Of a stretch of 64,000 nucleotides of DNA, positions 12,698-25,004 are shown one piece after another; position 1 is the stretch's first letter; the number at the start of each line of letters is the position of its first letter. A program made the position numbers and the translations under genes. Under the pieces are notes generated by a model. The model saw only the letters and a program-made list of their open reading frames with translations, did not search any database and was not told where the DNA came from. The stretch comes from Mobula hypostoma (Eukaryota): NCBI RefSeq assembly GCF_963921235.1, contig NC_086108.1:58158001-58222000 (forward strand). The letters run 5' to 3'.

Positions 12698-12929
12698 TTT
12701 GATGTCTCCACAGTTGACCAGCTTGTTCTAACTTCACACCTGGGTTCATAAAGAGGTCATTTACAAGCAATTTGCCCCAATGACGAAGTTCTGGGGGATG
12801 TCCCTCCAGTGCTCAGAAGCATATTTTGGACATCTATGCTCAAACTTGGTCCCATTCCTTCAAATACAGGAGTAAAATGGTAGTTTCAAACTCCTGGGAG
12901 TGCACATCACACACATCCTTTTGTGGTCC

Positions 12930-13615
12930 CGGAACACATTCTACACAATCAGGAAAGCTCGTCAACGCCTCTACTTTCTGAGGAGGATGACGAGAGCTCG
13001 ACTCTGCACATCTACAGTATACTCATGTCATTCTACTGACGTGCAGAGGAGATCATCCTAACAAGCTGCATCACTGCTTGGTACAGAAACTGCTCTGGAG
13101 CTGACAGGAAAGCTCTATAGCAGGTAGACAAAACTGCCTCACTCAGCACGGGCACCAGTCTACCTGCATCAGGGACCTATATACAGAAAGTTGCTAGCAA
13201 AGGGCCTGCAACATCATGAAGGATCCCACCCACCCTGCTCACGGACTGTTTTCCCACTCCCATCAGGAAGGAAGCTACATAGCATCTGCGCCGGGACCAC
13301 CAGACTCAAAAACAGTTACCTTCCCCGAGCAGTAAGGCTGATCAACACCCCGACCCACTAACACACCACTGCCTTGTCTTTGTCACTTGCTGTCAGTCAC
13401 CTTGTGTACAAACTCTCCTGCGCCTAGCATCACTTTATGGACATGCAATCTCTCTATATACATAAACTTCATATGCATTTATATTTATTGTGTTTTTATA
13501 ATGTGTTCTTTATCTTTTTGTGTCTTTATTTTATGCTGCATCAGATCCAGAGTAACAATTATTTTGTCCTCCTTTACACTTGTGTACTGGAAATGGCATT
13601 AAATAATCGCGACTT
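12930..13615 (+). mobile_element. Rex-type LINE 3' fragment
   Basis: RKARQRLYFLRR at ~12951, DPTHPAHGLFSPLPSGR at ~13222. Confidence 0.8.
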
Positions 13616-13726
13616 GATTCATGTGACTTGCCACCTCTGTGGTAAGAATACAGTTGAAGAATAATTTACCACATGTACAGTAATTTTATCTGAACAAAAG
13701 CAAGAATTTTAATACAAATAGTATGC

Positions 13727-13842
13727 CAGCCCTGATGAAAGGTTTTGGCCTGAAACATCGACTGTTTATTATTTTCTACAGACGCTGCCTGATTTTGTGT
13801 GTGTTGCTCTGGATTTCCAGCATCTGTGGAACCTCTTGTGTT
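13727..13842 (+). mobile_element. Short PLE terminal-repeat insertion carrying a hammerhead motif
   Basis: CTGATGA (13732-13738) ... GAAAC (13752-13756); TSD-like tacaaatagtatgc (13713-13726) / tacaatatgtatgc (13843-13856). Confidence 0.7.
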
Positions 13843-14197
13843 TACAATATGTATGCTTTTCCTTTTATTGCTAGCATTAAGTTGGTGTAATTGAAAGTTC
13901 AGTGTGTAAGCAGAGTTGGCATGTGTAGAAATGAAAAAAAGAGTGCATGCTGAGCCTTACCCATCTCACAGCATGTACTGTCACTATTTCAATCACTGCT
14001 TTCAAATGCAACTGCACCGCATTAATTTACTGAAGCTCAGCTGTAGTTTACTAAACTTCCTGCTTTATCACCCTGGAAAGCTAGTGCGTAGATGGCATTA
14101 ATCAGCATTTGAATGTCTGTGCATGAACAATTTAACACTTAAAATTCTTAAAGCCTCAGTAGTCCCAGTTCCTGACATGTTGCAGGTTATATTTATT

Positions 14198-14565
14198 GCA
14201 ACACACACAAAGTGCTGGAGGAACTCAGCAGGCCAGGCAGCATCTATGGAATAAAGTACAGTCGACATGTCAGGCTAAAACCCTTCGGCAGGACTGGAGA
14301 AAAAATGCTGGAGTAGATTTGAAAGGTGGAGGGAGGAGAGAGAAACACCAGGTGATAGGTGAAACTTGGAGAGGGGGAATGAAGCAAAGAGCTGGCAAGT
14401 TGATGGGTGAAAGAGTCAGAAGGCCATGGAAGAAAGAAAAAAGAGGGAGGAGCACCAGAGGGAGGTGATGGGCGGGCAAGGAGATAACATGAGAGAGGGG
14501 CAAGGGGATGGGAAATGGTGGGGGGTGGTGGAGGCATTACTGGAAGTTTGAGAACATCAATGTTT
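14198..14565 (-). mobile_element. PLE family A 3' terminal fragment with a degenerate hammerhead
   Basis: caacacacacaaagtgctggaggaactcagcaggccaggcagcatc terminus followed by a purine-rich tract; reverse complement of 48000-48380. Confidence 0.8.
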
Positions 14566-16111
14566 ATTACAATGTTTTTCTAATTTTTACCATGCTCAGT
14601 CCATGTGTAAGCCTGAATGTTAAATGTCAACCAGTTTTAAAAAAGGATCTATTGCTTTCCCGGTGTATATGACAAATAAACCATTCTTGGGCTTCTAGCC
14701 GGGTAGAGGTATCAATTATAAACAGCATTTCAATGACAGACTCTGCCTTCTTCATAAGGGATGATGCCTGGGCATGTCTAGTCCAGTGGTATTTATACCC
14801 CCTTAGTCTGTCCCTCCTGATTGGCTAGTCCTTATCCAATCAGGTTTCCGCTCTCCCACCTTGTTTACAATCGAATTCCAGTTCTTTCTTTGAGTGAGAC
14901 CTTTGCTTCCGTTAAAATTCTTTTCCTCCAGTTTTATTTCAATGGTTTCCTTCACAAAGCGATCCCTAAAGCCATTGGCACAGCACAGTAGTTTTGTGCC
15001 ATCAAAGTTAACCTATGGCCATTGTGAATGCAATGTCTGCTATCGCCACTTTCCCCAGGCAACCAAAACGGATACACCTCCTGTGCTTCGTGATGGGGTT
15101 TCCACCGTGTGTCCCTTCTGCTCGATATCCAAACAAAGGGCAGCCCTGCCATCATTGACAATCCTTTTAGGGTACATCGATCAAACTGGGCAATCCATCG
15201 ACAAGGCAACCAGATCGGTCCTCGCCAAGGGGCTAAATTTGGCTCCAATCCCTAGAGCTATACCTTATTGGGACCACATTGGCCTGGTAGAGCAATCAGT
15301 CCGAAAGCTACCACGGAATACCGCGGAGGAGGTAGGGATGGAGGTCTGCATGGCCCTCAAAAGAGCTGTTTTGCCGAAACCGAACGTTACAAAAGGAGAG
15401 CGACTGACCCTCCAGGCACTACGGCGAAACCCAACCATCATGATTTTACCAGCTGACAAAGGAAATGCAACATTCCTGATGTCCTCTGAGGAATACCACT
15501 GGAAAGTCCAACAGATTCTGGACGATCCTGCCTACAGAGTTCTACAGTGGGATCCCACGGATTCGATTATGAGGCTGACCTCCACTTTACTGAAAAAATC
15601 CAGACTGCCAGCAGATATATGCAAGACACTTCAGCCTCAGGTGTCAAGTTCACCAAGACTTTACAGGCTTCATTAAAACATTATCCAACATCCAGCTGAA
15701 CACTGAAGACTTAATCTTTAGTTTCAACGTGGTGGCCCTGTTCGCAGGTGTTCCTATTAAGAACAGCTTGGGCATCCTGTGGTCAAGGTTTGCTAAGGGT
15801 ACCATTGACCTTTTTGAACCCACCCATACATCGATGTACTTCCCCAACAAGGGGAACTACAAAGAAAAAATGGACAGAGTGGCCATGGGATCACCCTTGT
15901 CATTGGTTATTGCTAATTTCTCCAGGGAGTACTTTGAGATGAGGGCTATATATATATATATAGTTCATCACCTTACACCCCAAATGCTTCTTCAGATACG
16001 CCATCGTAGTGTTGCCTCATGGACTCCCTGTACTCCAACAGTTCCACTTCCATCTGAACAGCATACATCCAAACATTCAATTTACAATAGAGATGGAGAA
16101 GCACGATTGTC

Positions 16112-17534
16112 ATTTTCAATCTCTCACTGCATGAGTGGAACTCCCTACTTGCTTCAAAAAGGCAACAATTGTGCCAGCGCCTAAGAAGAATAATGTGAGC
16201 TGCCTCGAAGACTATCACCCGATAGCACTCACATCTACAGTGATGAAATGCTTTGAGAGGATGGTCATGACTAGACTGAACTCCTGCCTCACCACAATAG
16301 GTCAACGGCAAATGCAATCTCAGTGGCTCCTCACAGGGCCTCAGACCACCTGGACAATACAAACACCTATGTCAGGATGCTGTGCATCGACTATAGCTCA
16401 GCATTTAACACCAACATTTCCACAATCCTGATTGAGAAGTTACAGAACTTGGGCCTCTGTACCTCCCTCTGCAATTGGATCCTCAACTTGCTATCCGGAA
16501 GACCACAATCTGTGGAGATTGGTGATAATATATCCTCCTCGCAGATGATCAACACTGGTGCACCTCAGGGGTGTGTGCTTAGCCCATTGCTCTACTCTCT
16601 CTATACCCATGATTGTGTGGCTAGGCATGGCTCAAATACCATGTATAAATTTGCTGATGTTAGAACCATTGTTGGTAGAATCTCAGATGGAGACGAGAGG
16701 GCATACAGGAGCGAGATATACCAATCAGTGGAGTGGTGCTGCAGCAACAACCTTGCACTCAACGTCAGTAAGACAAAAGAGCTGACTGTAGACTTCAAGA
16801 AGGGAAAGATGAAGGAACACATACCAATCTTCATAGAGGGATCAGAAGTGGAGAGAGTGAGCTGTTCAAAGTTCCTGGGTGTCAGATCTCTGAGGACCTA
16901 ACCTGGTCCCAGCATATTGATGCAGCTATAAATAAGGCAAGATGGTGACTATACTTGATTAGTAGTTTGAAGAAATTTGGTATGTCAACAAATACACTCA
17001 AAAACTTCTATAGATGTACTGTGGAGAGCATTCTGACAGGCTGCATCACTGTCTGGTATGGAGGGGCTACTGCACAGGACCGAAAGAAGCTGCAGAGGGT
17101 CGTAAATTTAGGCAGTTCCAACTTGGGTACAAAATACCCAGGACACCTTCAAGGAGCGGTGTCTCAGAAAGACGGCGGCCATTATTAAGGACCCCCAGCA
17201 CCCAGGGCATACCCTTTTCTCACTGTTGCCATCAGGTAGGAGGTACAGAAGCCTGAAGGCACACACTCTGCAATTCAGGAACAGCTTCTTCCCCTCTGCC
17301 ATCCGATTCCTAAATGGACATTGAACCCATGAACACTACCTCACTTTTTTAATGTATATTATTTCTGGTTTTGCACAATTTTTCAATATATGTATTCAAC
17401 ATACATTTACTGTAATTAGTTTACTTATTTATTTTTACTGTTTTCCTTCAATATTATGTATTGCATTGAACTGTTGCTTCTAAGTTAACAAATTCTACGA
17501 CACCTGCTGGTGATAATAAACCTGATTCTGATTC
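16112..17534 (+). mobile_element. Rex1/Babar-type LINE 3' part inserted in the Penelope RT
   Basis: [32 protein letters not shown]; tail AATAAA-cctgattctgattct; the host frame EMEKHDC|PFLDVL rejoins across it. Confidence 0.92.
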
Positions 17535-17877
17535 TCCCGTTCCTGGACGTTCTAATATAATGGAAACTGGACAGTAGCCTCAGACACAGTGTCTGTCGGA
17601 AACCCACTCACACGGACTTATACCTCAACAATAACCGCCACTATCATGCCTCCCAACGTAGAGCCGTTCTTTCTACTTTGATTAATCGTGCAAAAACTAT
17701 TTTGGACCCAGAGAGTCTGCCCAAGGAAATAAGATGATTATGTATGGTGTTCATACAGAATGGCAACAAGTGAAGGAAATCAGTCAGGCCCTTTAAAAGG
17801 CAGATGGAAAAACCAGGAAACCTAACAGCAAGGAGGAACTCGTCACTACTGCCTGTCTTTCCTATATTTCCATGGTT

Positions 17878-18345
17878 TAGAAACATAGACATAAAAAACC
17901 TACAGCACAATACAGGCCCTTCGGCCCACAAAGCTGCACCAAACATGTCCTTACCTTAGAAATTACCTTGGGTTACGCATAGCCCTCTATTTTTCTAAGC
18001 TCCATGTACCTATCCAGGAGTTTCTTAAATGACCCTATTGTCTCCGCCTCTACTACCGTCACCGGCAGCCCATTCCACGCACTCACCACTCTCCACATAA
18101 AAGACTTAGCCCTGACATCTCCTCTGTACCTACTTCCAAGTACCTTAAAACTGTGCCCTCTTGTGCTAGCCATTTCAGCCCTGGGAAAAAGTCTCTGTCT
18201 AGCCACGCAATCAATGCCTCTCATCATCTTATACACCTCTAACAGGTAACCTCTTATCCTCTGTCTCTCCAAGAGGAAAGGCAGAGTTCACTCAACCTAT
18301 TCTTACAAGGCATGCTCCCCAATCCAGGCAAGATCCTTGTAAATT
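17878..18345 (-). mobile_element. CR1 3' end inserted in the Penelope element
   Basis: ORF 17973-18272 (TRGHSFKVLGSRYRGDVR); TTCTATGT-type tail. Confidence 0.9.
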
Positions 18346-18959
18346 CAGGATCCTATAGAAGTACCAGATTAATACCATCCACAAACCTGTAAGGAATCTT
18401 ATGCAGGTCAAGGATGACCTTGGACTCAGGACAACTAGCACTTACAGGATTCCCTGTGAATGCGGAGCACTATATATTGGCCAGGTCATCCCATGTTGGA
18501 AACCCGCATCAAGGAGTACGGGAGATGCATCTGTTTGGGTTACCCAGAGAAACCAGTGGTAGCAGAACATTGCATCTGTAATTGACTTTGATGGCACAAA
18601 ACAACTCTACCCTGTCAGTGGCTTTTGGGACCATCTGGTGAAGAAAGCCATTGAAATAGAACTAGAGGAAAAGAAATTTAACAAAGACCAAGGTCTCGCT
18701 CTAAGTAAGAACTGGAATTTGATTGTAAACAAGGTGGGAGAGTGGAAATCTGATTGGGTGAACACTAACCAATCAAGAGGGATGGACTATGGGATTATAA
18801 AACCAAAAGACTGGATGTGCCCAGGCATCAACCCTAATGAAGATGGCAGAGTTTGTCATCGAAACATCAGTTATAATTGATACGTGCCCGGCTGGAAGCC
18901 TAAGAAGAGTCTATTCATCAACTAGTTATTACTTAAACTTAAATTGGAAAATCACTATA

Positions 18960-20047
18960 CAGTGGATTCTCGTTAACTGGGACACATTGGGACCAATATA
19001 TTTTGGCCCATTCACGCAGCTGCCCCAATTAGCCAAAGTTTCATGGAAATAGTTAAAAAGTTATTTTAAAAAAAGGAAACTATCACTTAATTGAATAACA
19101 AATTATGTATTTAAATGAAACATAGAATAAGTTAGAACACTACCAATACTACTACAGTACTATGGGAGGGAGGGAACGTCAACCCAGACCATGAGAGGCC
19201 TGCGGCGGGCATTTTCATGCCTTACAAGGCACAGGTTGGAAGTCTGTGTGGGGCACCACTCCTCGCACAGATACTAGAGCAATGTGTGATTAAGTGCCTT
19301 GCTCAAGGACACAAACATGCTGCCACAGCCGAAGCTCAAACTAGCGGCCTTCAGATCACTAGACGAACACCTTAACCACTTGGCCACATGCCCAATAGTA
19401 CTATACAACTGCATATTAGTTCCTAATAGCTATCAAAAGAGGAATTCATCCATTATATGCTGCTGCATTCTTTTGATTGACTGTAAATGAACAAAATGAG
19501 CACAGACACCTAGTTTAGATAATAGACTGCCTTCATACAATGCTATTGATGATTGCTTCCTCCAAAACTTCATTTTCCATGTAATATTCAAAATGATCAT
19601 CAACATGTTCAAATTTTTTATAGCTTCTAATTTATTGAAGTAGTAAAATCATTTCAATTTTACCCCCAGTCGTTTCTGGCATCTCCAAGCCTGAATGCTT
19701 GAAACTGCAGTGAGCAAAACAGTTCTGAATTGTCTTACTGCTTATTTCACATCAACTATCAGTGACAAAAATCACTGCTTTTTGAACACAAGCATATGCA
19801 ATTGACACTGTTTAAAAACTGTCCACTCTAAGCTTGGTGTAGTTTTTGACAGCCACACATGTGCATGCATCTGATGCTAGTTAGAAACTGTTCGGTAACA
19901 GCCTCCTGTCCCAATTAAACAGTATGGTGTCCTAAATAAATGAAGAGAATCCCAGCCATTTTCTTGATTTTTTTTTGTTCTTTAAGAGTTGTCCTAAATA
20001 TGCAGCTTCCCGGATTAACTGATGGCCCAATTAACCGGAATTCACTG
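18960..20047. mobile_element. Tc1/mariner (pogo/Tigger-type) non-autonomous element
   Basis: TIRs CAGTGGATTCTCGTTAACTGGG / reverse complement CAGTGAATTCCGGTTAATTGGG; TA on both sides (18958-18959, 20048-20049). Confidence 0.85.
19164..19394 (-). mobile_element. tRNA-derived SINE inserted in the MITE
   Basis: TSD acagtactat (19154-19163) / atagtactat (19395-19404); head shared with 9321-9641. Confidence 0.8.
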
Positions 20048-20318
20048 TATATCCATTTTCCAGCATGAACCATTGAAAAACAAGGATGCTGTTTGATTCT
20101 AGTTAATGTGTTTTTGAGCCAGAAGAGCCCAGGAAAGCTGAAACCACTAACCACTTTGATAAAAATGCAATTCAAGGTTTAACTTTGTGCCTTCTTTATT
20201 TACAACTCTGAATACTTCACCAGCTAAAGCACTTAATTGGGACAAATGCAAAGTTATCAATGGTGTTGGTTAAATGTGCGGCACCAAGCAGCAACCTGTT
20301 TAACTTTTTTGTCTTCAG

Positions 20319-20438
20319 GCACCATCACAACAGGGCAATGTTCATGACAGTGAGCTGGAAGATATATCTCCAACTAGTCAGTGGAATTCATATGCGTTGG
20401 GAAGACGGGATGTGCCACCGGAGAACATGATAAAAAAG
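20319..20438 (+). CDS. LRRC7: LRRC7/densin-180 internal coding exon ([40 protein letters not shown])
   Basis: ttttttgtcttcag acceptor, AAG/gttaga donor, 120 nt phase 0; matches recalled mammalian [27 protein letters not shown]..KK. Confidence 0.93.
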
Positions 20439-21464
20439 GTTAGACCATTCAAAGGTGGATTTGATTTCTTGACAGTTCATGTCTTATCTGTTGTGATTTC
20501 ATTCTTGTTCCTTGAACTTCCTTTGTTTTTCTGGCAGTGTATTCAGTTTCATTGTGTCATTATGGTTTAAAATACATGGTGAGTTTAACTTAATTGATGT
20601 ATCTGTTCTATGTGTTTTTTTTTCTGACTATACAGTATGATCTATTTATGACAGCATTATTTTGAATGCCTTTATGGCCAATTCCAGTAAGCAAGGCTAG
20701 ATAGTTTCACACTTGAACTCTTGATGTAGGCCTGGAAATCTTTTACTGCCAATTTTCATTTGAATCCCATTGAACAATCACTTGTCCGCTTCCCATAGAA
20801 AGTGGCATTCCTCCAATTCGGAGTTAATCAACCTGGCTCTTGATGTTGTGAGAAGACTGCTTCTTGCAATGAATGGACAGGAAGAAATTCAGTGTTCAGG
20901 AAGTGATCAATACTCAATGCACAGGTTGTGATCTGCATGCAGCCTGGGGTTAAGGGTATGGTAGGGGTTAGTGGTCAAGGGCGATTACAGATTAGGAATT
21001 GGTTGTAATAGTTCTATGGAATTAAAGGATTAATTTAGATTCATTTATTATTCAGTCTTGAAAGAAGAATGTTAAATATATGTACTGTTATGCCAAGAGA
21101 GACTACTTGGCCGATTGAATCCATACTGGCTACTAGTCTTCTCAGTCTCTTTGCCCAGGTTTTTCATAGCCCTGCTAATTTGTTTTTCTTATTTGTCTAA
21201 CTCCCTCTGCTTCTAAGATAAAGAGCAAACATGAGACCCCAGACTCTTCCATAGGTGAGACAGGTGGGTTTCGTGTGAGGTGGTGTGCTCCAATTTACAG
21301 ACAGCCCTGAAGTCCTCCATGCTATCATAAATGCTCTTCCTCCGCTTAGAGTGGTTGTGGAACAAGGATTCCTAGGACTCACTGGGGATGTAGCACATAT
21401 TTGAGGAGGCTTTGACCGTGTCCTCAGTGTCTATTTTGGGAACCTGGTGTTGGGTGTGAAACTT

Positions 21465-21960
21465 GTGTGACCTGCTCTGCCTGAACGCAGAGATATTCTC
21501 CCTGCTAAAAACCTGGGATGCTCCCTTCAAATCTGGTGACAGAACAGCTCTCATGACAGCCAGGAAAAACCCCATCTTAGACATCTAGAGGGGAAATGCC
21601 ACCTACACACAATAAAATCAGAAACACCTGTCCGATGACAATCTGTGGCAAATGTGGCTGGGCACTGCGGGCACTACAGACTATGCAAGGAAAAACAGTG
21701 TCAGTTGTACCAGTGACGCCTCCCTCCCTGACACCCTAAACAACTTTTATGCGTGCTTCGAGGCATGCAACACAACGCCAGCCACGAAAGCTACCCCCTT
21801 CCCAGGTGAGCAGCCACTGTCTGTAACAGCAGCAAAAGTGAGAAGGACTCTGCAGAGAGTCAATCCCCATAGGGCAGCCAGGCCAGAAAACATCCCAGGC
21901 CAAGGACTTGGAATATACATACCAGATGAATGACATCTTCACCGACACCTTTCTGAATTG
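21465..21960 (+). mobile_element. Rex-type LINE internal fragment
   Basis: ORF 21652-21933 DASLPDTLNNFYACFE..VRRTLQRVNPHRAARPENIPG. Confidence 0.75.
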
Positions 21961-22729
21961 TGCAATAGCTGCACTGGTAGAGGGAAAAAGATGCTGATTT
22001 ACATCATCGATTCTGCCTTCACTGACGGATGTGAAGAGGTTCATATTTTCAAACTTTATTATCATTGTTGCACAGAAGAAGGTGATTAGTAGTCCACCTT
22101 TTTCTTACTGTTAGTGAATGTAAGGCCCATTCTCCTTTTCACTTCAGTAACAAGTTAATGATGATTTGGAGCTTGGCTTCCAAATGTGTGCTCATGCACA
22201 TATATTCTTAAAAAATGGAATGTAATTACCTTATTTCAGTGACCTTGATGTTTGTGGGAATATAAATTGCCCTAGATAAATAGTTATGAAGATTAGCTCC
22301 ACTCCCACAGGAAGTTTGTGGAGATGAGATTCAGCTTAATTTGATGGGGCAAAGATGGGTGTCTTGTTTGACACTCGTCGTGATTGAGATTGGCACTTGA
22401 TGCTGTGGAACCAGTGGTTATTATTCTGTCATCGTAAAACAAATATAAGATTGAGATACATTTGAGAAGACTGTACCGCAGTCAGAAAAGCTGTAGTGTA
22501 ATCAGAAAACGTGCTGCTTCCTGCATGTTTCCCACCTTGAACGCAGTGAGGATCATTAACATGTTGTGATTCAAACACCAGCTCTTTATCCACTGAAAGG
22601 AGCAGGTTGAGAAGAGCCCTGGTAGAAAGCAGGGAGACAGGGAGAGCCATCTATTATTACCACAATACAACATCTCTGAGATGCCCTAGAATATTCTCAA
22701 GTTTCTAGATTGAATAATAGATCATGAAG

Positions 22730-22812
22730 GCAACACACACAAAATGCTGGAGGAACTCAGCAGGTCAGGCAGCATCTATAGAAATAAATACCAGTTAACG
22801 TTTCAGGCCAAG
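22730..22812 (-). mobile_element. PLE family A terminal fragment
   Basis: caacacacacaaaatgctggaggaactcagcaggtcaggcagcatc. Confidence 0.75.
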
Positions 22813-23840
22813 GTGTGTGTGTCTGCATCAGAGCAAGTACACACTTACTGGACAATATCTACATATGCCCCACTAATCTACCAAGCTGCTAGTACTGACA
22901 ACAATAAAACATAGGAAAGCCAGGATTCTATTAATGAATGTGCTCAAGGAAGCCATGAAATAATATCTTTTAAATAAATCAATACATTAAAAATTAAAAA
23001 GTAATGCAAAATAATTTCACAGACAAAAAGAGATTGAAATGAATTGAAAATATTTTGACTTCTTACAATACACATGCTTACCCCCAGAAATGATCCCTCT
23101 CCCACCAGAGTGCCAGAAGTGTATCTGCTAACATTTTGAGTCACTAGTTTGTAACTAGTCTAATTCCATTTTCAAGCCCTGGACTGCATCTGCTGCCTGC
23201 CCCACTCCAGGATTATCTCTAGTTATCTCATTTCCCATTGTTCAGACTTAGTATCTCATTTTGATTCCAAATGAGTTCCCATTTCACCTCACTGATTACT
23301 GTATTCCTCATTCAAGTACTCAGAAACCCCTTGTATTGTGTCCCAAGTTCAAATGAGAAAGATCACAATATATTTTATTAAATGTATTTCACTTGTAATC
23401 ACTTCCTCATACAAAAGTTTTCCTTTTGCAGACAATAGTTTTACTACTTTTAAATGAACTGAATATTCTGCGATACCCTTGGCTTCCTGTTCTATCACTG
23501 TTATCAAAATAAAATCTTATTAGGCTCATTGTATATCCTTTTAGTAACATTATGCATTTCACTAGCAAGTTAGTTAAATATAAAGGCATGTTGCTTCTTC
23601 TGATAAATCTATTTTTTTCCAAAAAAATTATCATTTCAAAACTATTTTAATTATCTCCCATACAACTGTAGAAGCTAAGACATCATCTTAACTAAACAGT
23701 ATGATCCATGCTATATTCAAAATCTGTATATATACACTTTAGACTGATTTCTAGGTATTGGTGTTGTCGTCACTTAGGTCTCCTGTGTCCTTTTTTTTCT
23801 TTTATCTGTCTGTGTAAGTTGTAATGATTGTCCTTTACAG

Positions 23841-24122
23841 CTTCCTGAATCTTTGCCTAATGGGCTGAATTACCCACAGGCAGGTAGCCACCCTCATCAA
23901 GGGCAAAGTGCATTAGGGACTTCACCACAAAGCCTACAGCATCGATCCAGGGAGCAACAGTATGAAGGAGCTGTGTCAAAAGTAACGCTTCAGCAATATC
24001 AGAAGCCTTTGCAGATTGCCATTTCATCAACGCAGAACGTTCCCAATGCACGAGCAGCTCAACCCAGCAGATGTCTAACAAGCATTAAGCCACAAAAGAG
24101 TACAGAAAGTTACCAGGAGCAG
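23841..24122 (+). CDS. LRRC7: LRRC7 coding exon (..[38 protein letters not shown]); alternative in-frame start at 23880
   Basis: [11 protein letters not shown] matches densin; acceptors tcctttacag (ends 23840) and tacccacag (ends 23879); donor CAG/gtaaag; phase 0. Confidence 0.9.
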
Positions 24123-24911
24123 GTAAAGTGGCTATCGTGTATTTAAGTTTATGTGAAGAAAAGTTAAACATAAAGTTGTAAATAAAACTCCTGAACATTT
24201 AGTCAATAAATTCACTGTCATGTCAGTTTGTTAGTATGGTAACTTTGTCATGACAGCAATAGTGTACTACAACTATCTTATCACCAAACCGGAAAGAGGA
24301 TAATGAATATATATTCTGTTGTTAATCGCTGGTAAGTTTTCCACTCATAAAGTGCATGCATGTCGGGCAAAAACAGCAACTGATATGATATGAGGGCAAT
24401 ATTGATAAATATCTAGGCTCAAATCAAAAGGTTGCCCCTGATATCAGAGAAAAACCAGTAACCATGAATGATATTTCACCATAAATGCTTAAAATGTTTT
24501 GGATAAAATTCAAGGTATGCAAATAAATGCAGAGTACAAATATCATACATTGAATTTCATATCCTATGGAACAGGATTAAGTGAGTAGAGGGAATTGGTT
24601 TTGGGTGGATGCACAATGAAATTATATTTAGAGTCCACAGAAACTTCAAGTTCAAACTATTCTGTCCTATCAAGAATATAGATGGTGCTTCATCTGCTGA
24701 ATGTTTGAAACTAAATCAAATCTGGAACCTTTATGATCAGAATTGCTCAATTCCATTTTGGACTGTGGACATATGACTGATGCATTACAAATGTTCATAA
24801 TTTCTCCTATGATAAATTAAAGCATATTGATATTGCCATATTTATACCAAAATTGTCTTAGTTGCTGTATTTACACTAACAACCATGTTTTTTTTTCACT
24901 CTTTAACTCAG

Positions 24912-25004
24912 TTTTGTGTGAGGATAGAGAAGAACCCCGGTCTTGGTTTCAGCATAAGTGGAGGAATAAGTGGACAAGGGAATCCATTCAAGCCATCTGA
25001 TATG
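24912..25004 (+). CDS. LRRC7: LRRC7 PDZ exon 1 ([31 protein letters not shown])
   Basis: GLGF loop; cag acceptor after a T-rich tract; ATG/gtaatc donor; 93 nt phase 0. Confidence 0.97.

Larger units (their letters stand above)
14680..18915 (+). mobile_element. Near-complete Penelope-like element (family B) with an inverted 5' terminal repeat, split by two LINE insertions
   Basis: ILPADKGNAT, PRLY, VAMGSPLS, PFLDVL, RKPTHTDLYL RT motifs; GIY-YIG motif YRIPCECGALYIGQ at ~18443-18484; 14680-15120 is an inverted copy of ~18470-18915. Confidence 0.9.

Noticed and set aside
14894..15676. 260-aa ORF as a standalone gene
   Set aside because: Chimera of the inverted terminal repeat and the decayed PLE ORF
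1..20318. Further upstream LRRC7 coding exons
   Set aside because: No segment recognisably matching the preceding densin peptide was found by eye; a small exon could have been missed
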